Shown here piece after piece: positions 14,075 to 23,035 of a DNA stretch of 50,279 nt. Made by a program: the position numbers and the translations under genes. Every line of letters begins with the position of its first letter. Positions within the stretch are counted from its first letter, which is position 1. Source of the DNA: a bacterium (GTDB taxonomy: Bacteria > Patescibacteriota > CPR2 > UBA1875 > JAJYID01); assembly GCA_021790235.1 (NCBI GenBank), contig JAJYID010000004.1, forward strand, positions 1 to 50,279, in the 5' to 3' direction. Below the pieces are notes generated by a model, which did no database searches, was not told the origin of the DNA, and was given only the letters and a program-made list of their open reading frames with translations.

Positions 14075-17000
14075 ATGGAAGATTTACTTAAGGGTTTAAA
14101 TAGCCAGCAGACGGAAGCCGTTACTCATGATCAGGGGCCGCTTCTGATCGTTGCCGGGGCCGGGACAGGGAAGACGACTGTGATTACCCGGCGGATCGCA
14201 TATCTAATCGCGTCCAAAAAAGCTCTGCCATCTGAAATTCTGGCGCTGACATTTACCGACAAAGCGGCGGGTGAAATGGAAGAACGGGTTGACGAACTAG
14301 TACCGTATGGTTTTGTCGACACTTGGATCTCCACTTTTCACGCCTTTGGCGACCGTATCCTGCGCGATCATGCTCTTGATCTTGGCTTAACAACTGATTT
14401 TCGTGTGTTATCCAAGCCGGAACAGGTCATTTTTATGCAAGACAATCTGGAGGCGTTCGATTTAGAATACTTTTCGCCACTGGGTAGTCCACTAAAGCAC
14501 ATTGACGCGCTTCTCGGGCACTTCTCAAAGCTAAAAGATGAAACGATTTCATCGAAAGAATATCTGGAGTATGCATCTTCTCTGTCATCCCGAGCACCAG
14601 CCGAGGGATCCCTTGCAAAGAATAATCAATCTCCAATTTCCAATGACCAATCAAATTTTAATGATAAAATTTCAAAAAAGGGAAAAGGATTCTTCGATTT
14701 CGCTCAGAATGACAATGTGATAGAAGCGAAGAAAACTCTGGAAATTGCTCGGGCATATGAGCGGTATCAGGAACTGATGGCGGAGGCGGGTAATCTCGAC
14801 TTCGGCGATCAAATCAATAAAGTGATTGAGCTTTTTAAGGCGCAGCCGGCGATTCTCAAAAAGTATCAAAATCAATTTAAATATATCTTGGTCGATGAGT
14901 TTCAGGATACGAACTATGCCCAGAACGAACTATTGAAATTATTGGTGGGGGGAGAGAGGGATTCTTCGGCTCGTCCTCCCGGGAAGTCGCTCAGAATGAC
15001 AGAAGGGGGTGGCCACCAAAATATTACGGTTGTCGGTGACGATGACCAGTCGATTTACCGTTTTCGCGGTGCCGCCATTTCAAACATTTTGCAATTTCCG
15101 AAGGATTATCCAAAGTGCAAACAAATCGTTCTGACGGAAAACTACCGTTCGACTCAAGCCATTTTAGATAGCGCGTACAAACTCATTAAACATAACAACC
15201 CCGACAGATTGGAAGTAAAGAATAATATTGTAAAGAAGCTGAAATCCCGATTTGACGCCGCTACGCTCGAACCGATTCATCTGCACTCGGATACTTTGAC
15301 GGCTGAAACCGATCAGGTAGCCAAGATGATTAAAGATTATTACGACGAAGGTAAATATTCCTTCAAAGATTTCGCCATCCTTAGCCGTTCGCGCCGAAAC
15401 GCGGAGGATTTTATCCACGCCTTAAACCATTACGGTATCTCCTACAAATTTTCCGGCTCATCCGGCCTATATTCTCGGCCGGAAATCCGATTATTAATTA
15501 ATTTCGCCAAAGTTTTGATTTCATCCGGCGACAATCTGGCTTTTTATCACCTAATCACCTCTGACGTTTATGGCATGGAGGTGTCAGAGGCGGTGAAGTT
15601 GAATGAAATTAGCCATAAAACTAATCGAAGCCTGGAATATGCCGGCAAGCATGCCGAACTGTCCGAAAAAGCTAAGGGAATTTTGGATAGATTTCTAACA
15701 GATATCGGAAATTTCCGGGAAGAGTCCAAAAAGCTGACGGCCGGACAGGTGGTTTACCTATTTATAAAAGAAACCGGATATTTGCAGAAATTAATTACGA
15801 AAGCCGAGAAAAGCGCCGAGGCGCAAGTGGCTATCCAGAATATCGCCAAGTTTTTTGAGCGGATAGGCGACTTTGAGAAGATTTCGGAGGATAAAAGTCT
15901 CATTAATTTCGTTCACCACTTGAAGGCTCTCATGGATGCCGGTGATGATCCGGCAATGGCCGAAGTCGATCCGGACATCGAAGCAGTTAGTGTGCTCACA
16001 GTTCACTCGGCTAAGGGCTTGGAATTTCCCGTTGTTTTTCTGGTTTCTCTTGTTTCGGACAGCTTTCCAACCAGAAAGCGTGCCGATTCTCTGCCGATAC
16101 CCGAAGAACTCATTAAAGAGAGTTTGCCGGAGGGCGATTGGCACTTACAGGAAGAACGGCGGCTTTTTTATGTCGGAATGACCAGAGCCAAGGAAATTCT
16201 GTACCTAACGAGCGCCGAGGATTATAGAGGCAAAAGAGTGCGCAAGGTTTCTCAATTTGTTTTGGAAGCGATTGACAAACCGGCGCTGGTGAAAGATAAG
16301 GTGAAGCTCGACAAAGTCCAGGTGATTGAGCGGTTTAAGAAGCGAGAGGAAATCGCCATTCCTAAAAAATTCTATGACGGCAAGGGTTTACTTACTCTAA
16401 GTCCGCATCAGATAGATGACTATCTGTCATGTCCCAAAAAGTTTGAATACATCCATATCCTGCGTGTGCCGATCATGACGCATCACAGCGTGGTTTACGG
16501 CTCAGCTATCCATAAAGCGATTGAGGCATATTTTGTAACCAAAAAGGCCGATAAGAAAGTGAATTTAGATGATTTAATAGAAATTTTTAGTGCAAATTGG
16601 CAAAGTGAAGGATTCATAACTCGGGAACATGAGGACAAAAGATTTAAGCAGGGTAAAAAATCGCTGGCAGAATTTTTTGCCAGAGAAGAAGCGGCCAAGA
16701 AACTTCCCGAGGAAGTGGAGGCCAAGTTTGAGGTACCGCTGAAAGACATTGATGTCAAAATCCGCGGCCGTTTTGATGCCGTTTATGGGTTACCCTTTGT
16801 TATTCCGAGCGATCCGGCAACTGCCGGACGAGCCGAGGAATCCCTTTCCCAAATTGAAATCCGCGACTTCAAGACTTCGGAGGTAGAGACGCAAGACCAA
16901 GCTGACAAAAAAGCCAAGACAAACCGCCAGCTCTCAGTTTATGCGCTGGCGAAACAAACCGAGACCGGAGTAATTCCGGAAGTTTCGCTTTATTTTGTCG

Positions 17001-17176
17001 ATTCTGGGTTCGTCGGCAAGATCCAAAAGAAAGAAAAGGATCTGGATAAAGTTCGAGATGAAATTGAAAAAGTAGCCGAGGGGATTAAAGCCGAAAACTT
17101 CAAAGCTTCTCCTGGATTCGGCGAATGCTCCCGATGCGCCTATCGCGAAATCTGCCCTTTTACGCTGTCGAGATAG
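14075..17176 (+). CDS. UvrD/PcrA-type SF1 helicase fused to a C-terminal PD-(D/E)XK nuclease with Cas4/AddB-type Fe-S cysteines
   Basis: Helicase motifs: AGAGTGKT, DEFQDTN, VGDDDQSIYRFRGA, ENYRS, TVHSAKGLEFPVVFL, RRLFYVGMTRAKE. Nuclease motifs: CPKKFEY...GRFDAV...IRDFK...QLSVYA...CSRCAYREICP. Confidence 0.85.
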   Translation: MEDLLKGLNSQQTEAVTHDQGPLLIVAGAGTGKTTVITRRIAYLIASKKALPSEILALTFTDKAAGEMEERVDELVPYGFVDTWISTFHAFGDRILRDHALDLGLTTDFRVLSKPEQVIFMQDNLEAFDLEYFSPLGSPLKHIDALLGHFSKLKDETISSKEYLEYASSLSSRAPAEGSLAKNNQSPISNDQSNFNDKISKKGKGFFDFAQNDNVIEAKKTLEIARAYERYQELMAEAGNLDFGDQINKVIELFKAQPAILKKYQNQFKYILVDEFQDTNYAQNELLKLLVGGERDSSARPPGKSLRMTEGGGHQNITVVGDDDQSIYRFRGAAISNILQFPKDYPKCKQIVLTENYRSTQAILDSAYKLIKHNNPDRLEVKNNIVKKLKSRFDAATLEPIHLHSDTLTAETDQVAKMIKDYYDEGKYSFKDFAILSRSRRNAEDFIHALNHYGISYKFSGSSGLYSRPEIRLLINFAKVLISSGDNLAFYHLITSDVYGMEVSEAVKLNEISHKTNRSLEYAGKHAELSEKAKGILDRFLTDIGNFREESKKLTAGQVVYLFIKETGYLQKLITKAEKSAEAQVAIQNIAKFFERIGDFEKISEDKSLINFVHHLKALMDAGDDPAMAEVDPDIEAVSVLTVHSAKGLEFPVVFLVSLVSDSFPTRKRADSLPIPEELIKESLPEGDWHLQEERRLFYVGMTRAKEILYLTSAEDYRGKRVRKVSQFVLEAIDKPALVKDKVKLDKVQVIERFKKREEIAIPKKFYDGKGLLTLSPHQIDDYLSCPKKFEYIHILRVPIMTHHSVVYGSAIHKAIEAYFVTKKADKKVNLDDLIEIFSANWQSEGFITREHEDKRFKQGKKSLAEFFAREEAAKKLPEEVEAKFEVPLKDIDVKIRGRFDAVYGLPFVIPSDPATAGRAEESLSQIEIRDFKTSEVETQDQADKKAKTNRQLSVYALAKQTETGVIPEVSLYFVDSGFVGKIQKKEKDLDKVRDEIEKVAEGIKAENFKASPGFGECSRCAYREICPFTLSR
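14584..14612 (+). repeat. GTCAT-family hairpin repeat inside the helicase CDS (GTCATCCCGAGCACCAGCCGAGGGATCCC)
   Basis: Carries the family termini. In frame, encoding SSRAPAEGSL. Confidence 0.7.
14687..14713 (-). repeat. GTCAT-family repeat (inverted orientation) inside the helicase CDS
   Basis: GGATTCTTCGATTTCGCTCAGAATGAC is the reverse complement of GTCATTCTGAGCGAAATCGAAGAATCC. In frame, encoding GFFDFAQND. Confidence 0.7.
14957..15000 (-). repeat. GTCAT-family repeat (inverted orientation) inside the helicase CDS, between motifs II and III
   Basis: Reverse complement reads GTCATTCTGAGCGACTTCCCGGGAGGACGAGCCGAAGAATCCCT. In frame, encoding RDSSARPPGKSLRMT. Confidence 0.75.
16799..16844 (+). 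repeat. GTCAT-family repeat inside the nuclease domain
   Basis: GTTATTCCGAGCGATCCGGCAACTGCCGGACGAGCCGAGGAATCCC with inner stem TCCGGCA/TGCCGGA. In frame, encoding VIPSDPATAGRAEES. Confidence 0.75.
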
Positions 17177-17241
17177 CTTTGACTTTAAGATTGTTCTGTA
17201 TTAAAATACACTGACGTTATCGACCAACCTGGAGGTGAACC

Positions 17242-17565
17242 TTGTTTCTGGTTTTAAAGAAAAATCTTGTTAGTCAGGGGAAGTTTCGTCTTGCAAGCTT
17301 GTCTCCAAACGGGAGTGTGATAGAGGTTGACTTTGAAGGGCGATCCGCATTTTTCGTCGTCAACTGCATCGCTATCCGCATTTTGATACCCCTGGTTGTT
17401 TCCCGTTATAAGTTTCGCATTACGGGCGAAGGTTTAACCGCGAAGGAGAAGAAGGCCGCCAGGAAGCGTGTACGGAGAGACATGATTCCAAGAATCGGCT
17501 GGGAGGTAAAGAAACAACTTCGAGGGAAGAATGTGCTGACAACTCCCATAATCCTTATAGGTTGA
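17242..17565 (+). CDS. hypothetical protein (107 aa) in a GC-richer islet
   Basis: TTG start 5 nt after GGAGGTGA. Basic C-terminal half. Followed by an 11-bp GC hairpin (17593-17622). Confidence 0.4.
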   Translation: MFLVLKKNLVSQGKFRLASLSPNGSVIEVDFEGRSAFFVVNCIAIRILIPLVVSRYKFRITGEGLTAKEKKAARKRVRRDMIPRIGWEVKKQLRGKNVLTTPIILIG

Positions 17566-17777
17566 TCTCGGGGTAGAGAGAAGATTGAGAGTGGCGGCGC
17601 CCGGTATTTTTCGGGTGCCGCCCCACGGGGCCGTTTTGGTTTTTAGAAGCCGGGACGGCTCTTTTCTAATTGCCAGAGATCGGAAAACCGGAGTATTATA
17701 AATATTATGAAGAAAGTTTCTCAGATCTATAAAATGCTTTTAAAAAAGATTGTGCCAGAAAGTTTTGCGGAGGGATT

Positions 17778-20276
17778 TTGACTCAGAAGATTCTCAAACA
17801 AGAACAGATTGACAAAGCCTTCAGTAATGGTATCAGCTTAAATGGTTTAAACGAAGACGAGGTTTTGGCGCGCGAAGAAAAGTACGGTTTCAATGAATTT
17901 ACCGCGGCCAAAAACAGCGCATTCAAAATTTTCTTGCGGCAGTTCAAGAATTCCATTATTTATCTTTTGATTATTGCGGCGTTTATTGCCTTTGCTTTGG
18001 GGGATTTTACCGACGGTTGCGCTATTACTATCATTTTGCTTATCAATGCTGCTTTGGGTTTCTCCCAAGAATTTCGCTCAGAGCGCACGGCCGAAAAGCT
18101 GTCTAAACTGATTGGGCATCACGTTATGGTTATAAGGAACGGTGCAGAAACCATTATCAATAAGCGTGAGGTGGTGCCGGAAGACATTGTAGTTTTGAAG
18201 GAGGGTGACATTGTGCCGGCTGACTGCCTTGTGCTAGAGGCAAATAATCTTTTTGTTGATGAATCTCAGCTAACCGGTGAGTCGGAAGAGGTTGCCAAAT
18301 CTCCGGGGGAGGGCAAAGACCGCAAGAGCCAAATTTTTTCCGGTAGCATTGTCAAAAGGGGTAAAGCGGTTGTGCAAGTATTCGCCACAGGAGAGAAGAG
18401 TGAGCTTGGGAAAATCGCAACGCTTGCAATTGATACAAAAGAGTCAACGAAATACGAGCAGTCGCTTGGCCAGTTTAGCAATTTTCTGGTCAAAATGACG
18501 CTTTTCTGTTTGGCCATTATCTTTACCGCCAAACTTTTTATTCTGGGTTTTCATTTAGGTGTGGCTGTCCTTATGGTTTATCTGCTTTTTGTTATAGCCC
18601 TTGCGGTGGCAGTGGTGCCGGAAGCTATGCCGGTGATTACGACCATTACCTTGTCGGTAGGCGCCATGAAACTTACCAAAAGGCATGTTATTGTCAAAAA
18701 AATGTCAGCGATTGAGGACCTCGGCAATGTGACTATTCTTTGCACTGATAAGACGGGAACGCTGACACAAAATAAATTAACGGTGGTGGGGATTTCGGCT
18801 GCTGATTCAGAGAAACTCAGTTTGTATGCCTGTGCTGCCCGAGAAGTGCTGGATACAAAAAGAAAGAGAATGGGCAATGCCTTTGATGAAGCCATTACAA
18901 GTTTTGCATCGGCTGATGCCCTAGAACAAGCGGTAGATTTTGAAATTATCGATGAAATTCCCTTCGATCCGGCTTCCAGACGCCGGAGTACCGTCATTCA
19001 AAACAAAAACACAAAAGAATATTTCCTGGTCAGTATCGGTTCGCCGGAAACTATTCTTGATCTCAGCACCGAGGAGATCACCAAAAATCTTACGTCAGAA
19101 CTTGCCGCTGATGGTAGGAAAGGTCTCAGGCACTTGGCGTATGCTATGAAGAAAATAGATTATGAGCTCGGTTTTGATATTCGGGAAAATGAGGATAGCC
19201 TTGTTTTCATTGGGATTATAAAGTTTGCCGATCCTTTGAAGGAGAGCTCAAAAAAGACTATCGAACTGGCCAAAAAGCTAGGCGTGGGTATCAAGATTAT
19301 TACCGGGGACAGTGTCGAGGTCGCTCGCTATATCGGCGTGCAGGTTGGGCTTTTGGGTAAAAATGACAAAGTTTTGACCGGCGATGAGGTTTGTGCTCTA
19401 GCAGATGGGGATTTTACAAGATCGGTGAACGGGTGCAGCGTTTTTGCCCTCACAAATCCCGAGCAGAAATTTAAAATTATTGAAGCATTAAAAACCAAGG
19501 AGGTTGTGGCTTATCAAGGTGATGGCATAAATGATGCGCCGTCGCTCAAGCTGGCTCATGTTGGCATTGCCGTCAATACAGCTACGGATGTAGCTAAAGA
19601 AAGCGCTGACATCCTGCTTTTAAAAAATGATCTGAAAGTGATTGTAAATGGTATCAGATACGGGCGGATGACATTTGCCAACATCAATAAATATATCAAA
19701 CATACTATGGTTGGTAACTACGCTCTTTTCTTTGCCTTGGGAGTGATCTTTCTTCTTTATTCTTCGCCGCCGCTTCTAAGCGTCCAGTTGCTTTTGGCCA
19801 CGGTTATCACCGATGTGCCCATGGTGGCCATTGCTTCAGATAATGTGGACGAGGAGGAACTAGCCAGACCGAGTGTCTTTGATCTGCATGATCTCATGTT
19901 CATTGCTATTTTGCTTGCCGTAGTAACCGCTATCGGCCAGATTCTATTTTTTGCTTTTGTTAGTGTAACCGGCGAACCGGTTTCCGTTATGCAAACAAAT
20001 ATGTTTTTGTATATTGTATTGTTGCAGCTTACTATTATTTTTGCTGTCCGCAACCGTTTCCATTTTTGGCAGGGCACCAGGCCGTCTGCTAAATTGATTT
20101 TTTCTATTATCGCGACAATTATTCTTTGCATCGCCATTCCGTATATGCCGGTTATCGGCCGATTTTTCTCCTTTGCTCCGATTGCCCTCTCTTCTCTTGG
20201 CTTGATTTTTGTTTTCCAGGTCATTTATATTTTTATTATTGATTTTATCAAACATTGGTATAACAAGGTTGCTTAA
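17778..20276 (+). CDS. cation-transporting P-type ATPase (P2/P3-like, Ca2+/Mg2+ type)
   Basis: CTDKTGTLT phosphorylation site, TGES actuator motif, TGD, GDGINDAPSLK and about 10 predicted TM segments. TTG start after GGAGGG. Confidence 0.85.
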   Translation: MTQKILKQEQIDKAFSNGISLNGLNEDEVLAREEKYGFNEFTAAKNSAFKIFLRQFKNSIIYLLIIAAFIAFALGDFTDGCAITIILLINAALGFSQEFRSERTAEKLSKLIGHHVMVIRNGAETIINKREVVPEDIVVLKEGDIVPADCLVLEANNLFVDESQLTGESEEVAKSPGEGKDRKSQIFSGSIVKRGKAVVQVFATGEKSELGKIATLAIDTKESTKYEQSLGQFSNFLVKMTLFCLAIIFTAKLFILGFHLGVAVLMVYLLFVIALAVAVVPEAMPVITTITLSVGAMKLTKRHVIVKKMSAIEDLGNVTILCTDKTGTLTQNKLTVVGISAADSEKLSLYACAAREVLDTKRKRMGNAFDEAITSFASADALEQAVDFEIIDEIPFDPASRRRSTVIQNKNTKEYFLVSIGSPETILDLSTEEITKNLTSELAADGRKGLRHLAYAMKKIDYELGFDIRENEDSLVFIGIIKFADPLKESSKKTIELAKKLGVGIKIITGDSVEVARYIGVQVGLLGKNDKVLTGDEVCALADGDFTRSVNGCSVFALTNPEQKFKIIEALKTKEVVAYQGDGINDAPSLKLAHVGIAVNTATDVAKESADILLLKNDLKVIVNGIRYGRMTFANINKYIKHTMVGNYALFFALGVIFLLYSSPPLLSVQLLLATVITDVPMVAIASDNVDEEELARPSVFDLHDLMFIAILLAVVTAIGQILFFAFVSVTGEPVSVMQTNMFLYIVLLQLTIIFAVRNRFHFWQGTRPSAKLIFSIIATIILCIAIPYMPVIGRFFSFAPIALSSLGLIFVFQVIYIFIIDFIKHWYNKVA

Positions 20277-20346
20277 GCTGGGTAAACCGGTAAGATTTTT
20301 CAAAAATTATTGCTTCTAATTTTGATATAGTGTAAAATCTACTTTT

Positions 20347-21749
20347 GTGAAAAAAACTAAGATTATAGCCACTCTTGGGCCATCCTCGGATGACCCAAAA
20401 ATTATGGGAAAATTGATAGATGCGGGAGTCAATATCTTCCGTATCAATTTTTCGCATGCCACAGAAGAAGAAAGAGTTAAGAGGGTAAAAGATCTAAGAA
20501 CAATCGAGAAGACAAGCGGGAAACCGGTAACGATTTTACAGGATCTGCAAGGGCCAAAAATACGTGTCGGCAAGATCGACGGTTCTATTGAATTAACCGA
20601 AGGAAAAGAAATTACTCTCACTATAGATACACCGGCCCATGGCGAAGTTCCTGTCCAATATCAAGGTATAGTTAGCGACGTTGAGAGCGGAAACCGTATT
20701 CTTCTGGTTGATGGGAAAATCGTTCTTGAAGTTATTTCTAAAGACAAGAAAAGATTAAATGCAAAGTCAAAACTGGCGGTGTTTTAAGCTCAAATAAAGG
20801 GATTAACCTGCCGGACTCCAGCATTTCTCTGCCGGCCCTTTCCGAAAAAGATCTCCATGATTTAAAGTTTGGTCTGACTAATGATCTTGACTATGTGGCT
20901 CTTTCATTTGTCAAGTCAGCCGAGGATATTTTGCAACTTAAAAGCATAATCAAAAAAGCAGGGGGAAAGACCAAAGTGATCGCAAAAATCGAGCGTCACG
21001 AGGCAGTGAAAAACATTGATGAGATTATTGAGGCCGCAGATGCGGTTATGGTAGCAAGGGGCGATCTAGGGATCGAAGTTTCTCTGGCCAGTGTTCCGCT
21101 TCTTCAGAAAACGATTATTGAAAGATGTAATGCAGCCGGCAAGCCGGTGATAGTAGCAACCCAAATGTTAGATTCGATGGTGCGGAATCCTGTATCAACT
21201 AGGGCTGAGACATCCGATATCGCAAATGCTATTTTGGATGGGGCTGACGCAGTGATGCTTTCTGATGAAACATCTGTCGGCAAATATCCGATTAATGCAG
21301 TGAAAGTCATGTGCAAGATCGCTTTGACAGTTGAAAAATGGTCTAATGATAGCCAAATTATCATTGGGGAAGACGCAATTAAAAAAATTAATTCAACTTC
21401 AGAAGCAATAAGCAAAAGCGCCTGTAAACTGGCTTCGGAAATTAAAGCCAAAGTGATTATTAATGCAACGGCTCGGGGTAAGACAACTAAAAATGTTTCG
21501 AGATTTCGTCCGCATTGTCCGATAATTTCTGTGACCCACACTTTAAAAATCGCTCGGGAGCTAAATCTGGTTTGGGGAGTTTATCCGTATGTTCTGAAAT
21601 ACAAAACTGTTCGTGAGATGAGCAGACAATCTACGGAAATCGCTAGGGCCCTAAAACTCGTCAAGAAGGGAGACAAACTCGTGATAATCAGCGGTGAGAA
21701 AGTTGGCGTGGAAGGTGGCACTAACATGGTTAAAGTTAAGGAGCTTTAG
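20347..21749 (+). pseudogene. pyk: pyruvate kinase with its reading frame broken near 20740-20755
   Basis: The ORFs 20347..20787 (KIIATLGPSS, NFSHA) and 20895..21749 (MVARGDLGIE...) are the two parts of one pyk. In the -1 frame, 20748-20894 reads KKIKCKVKTGGVLSSNKGINLPDSSISLPALSEKDLHDLKFGL..., which bridges the two parts. Confidence 0.8.
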
Positions 21750-21770
21750 GTCTTAGAAACAAAAAAGATG

Positions 21771-21799
21771 AAAGGACCGCATTAATTCGCGATCCTTTT
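21771..21799. terminator. bidirectional hairpin between pyk and the convergent small gene
   Basis: AAAGGACCGC...GCGATCCTTT (one mismatch) with flanking A- and T-runs. Confidence 0.5.
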
Positions 21800-21824
21800 A
21801 GGTAGCCGGCAGCCGAAGAACTCT

Positions 21825-22136
21825 TTAGTGAATTGGGAAAGCGGCTTCTGAGAGAAGGGTTTGCAGACCTTCCCTCAACTTTTCGGGAAGCTGCGCAAAC
21901 TCCCGCCAGAGTTCATTCTCTGTATAAAACCGCTTTAAATGTGACAAAGCTTCACGGTGTTTACCAAGTTCTCCTGCCTTTTTGAATATCGTAATCACAT
22001 GGTTCCAGATTGCCTGGCCTAAGTGATGTATATCCTGGCAAAAGTGAAAAAATTCCTGTGGATCTTGCCCTAAAACACCTCCCATCTCTTTTTGAAATTG
22101 ATCCCAGTCGCACGGCCCTATTTTTTTCTGGTTCAT
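21825..22136 (-). CDS. hypothetical protein (103 aa) in a GC-richer islet
   Basis: ATG preceded by GGGGAGGA on the minus strand. His- and Trp-rich helical sequence. No motif recognised. Confidence 0.5.
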   Translation of the reverse strand: MNQKKIGPCDWDQFQKEMGGVLGQDPQEFFHFCQDIHHLGQAIWNHVITIFKKAGELGKHREALSHLKRFYTENELWREFAQLPEKLREGLQTLLSEAAFPIH

Positions 22137-22252
22137 CTATCCTCCCCTAGATAGATATGTTTTGGTTTCATAATAAGTATACAACAAAACCTTTAAGCTG
22201 GTAAACGGTTCTGTTTCAAACAAAGGCAGAAAGGTGGTAAAATATTCTGGCT

Positions 22253-23035
22253 ATGGATAAATATATTAAAGATTTAGATAAAATCCTTTCCGATGAATTT
22301 CTAGCGCTTAGGAAAGAAATCGAAGGCCAAAAGCTCGGGGTTCTTTTTTCCGGTGGAGTAGACAGTTCTCTTATCGCAAAATTCGCCGAAGATGCCGGAC
22401 TGCACCCTGTTCTTTATAGTTTCGGTACTGAAAAATCCAAAGATAGGCGGTTTGTTTTTGACTTTGCACGAGATATGAAAATGCCGCTTATTTTTGAAGA
22501 AATTGAAAACAGTGAGATTGAAAACCACATTTCATTTATTAGAAAAGAACTAGTTAAAATCGGCGAGGATCCAAATCCTATGCAAGTCGCTCTTGCGGTC
22601 GGGGTTTATCTAATCGGGAAAAGGGTGAAAGTCGGCGGTATCAAGTTTATGATATGCGGACAAGGGTCTGATGAGCTTTTTGCTGGATATAAGAAATATG
22701 AGGGGTTAAAGGATGAGGATTTGCAAAAATCTTTAGAAAAAGATATTGAATCCGTAATGAGGTCGGACATTGCCCGCGATACTCACATGTTATCTCTTTC
22801 CGGTATAAAACTTTTTGCTCCTTATACGGATAAAACATTTATTGATTACGCACTCAAAATTCCGCTTAAATACAAAGTCTCAGGCGATACAAAAAAAATT
22901 ATAATTCGCAAAGTCGCTGAGAAGCGTGGACTCCCTGGTTATATCTGTAACCGTCCCAAAAATGCCATGCAGTATTCGTCCGGTATACAAAAGGTTATCT
23001 CAAAAGTCTATAAAGCGGAAAGAAAAAATGGATAG
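22253..23035 (+). CDS. standalone asparagine-synthetase-type (AsnB C-terminal) PP-loop ATP-pyrophosphatase domain protein
   Basis: PP-loop SGGVDSS, then GQGSDELFAGY and LFAPYTD...K..IRKVAEKRGLP, typical of the Asn_synthase domain. No N-terminal glutaminase domain (260 aa in total). Confidence 0.75.
   Translation: MDKYIKDLDKILSDEFLALRKEIEGQKLGVLFSGGVDSSLIAKFAEDAGLHPVLYSFGTEKSKDRRFVFDFARDMKMPLIFEEIENSEIENHISFIRKELVKIGEDPNPMQVALAVGVYLIGKRVKVGGIKFMICGQGSDELFAGYKKYEGLKDEDLQKSLEKDIESVMRSDIARDTHMLSLSGIKLFAPYTDKTFIDYALKIPLKYKVSGDTKKIIIRKVAEKRGLPGYICNRPKNAMQYSSGIQKVISKVYKAERKNG

Noticed and set aside
20347-21749. Treating 20347..20787 and 20895..21749 as two separate genes.
   Set aside because: The two pieces and the bridging -1 frame together reconstitute one colinear pyruvate kinase. 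Neither piece is a complete domain set.
22926-23027. Upstream extension of elp3 from the ORF track (MDSLVISVTVPKMPCS...).
   Set aside because: It lies inside the AsnB-like gene in another frame. The ATG at 23028 (MDRLLEKV) gives a typical overlap of coupled genes.
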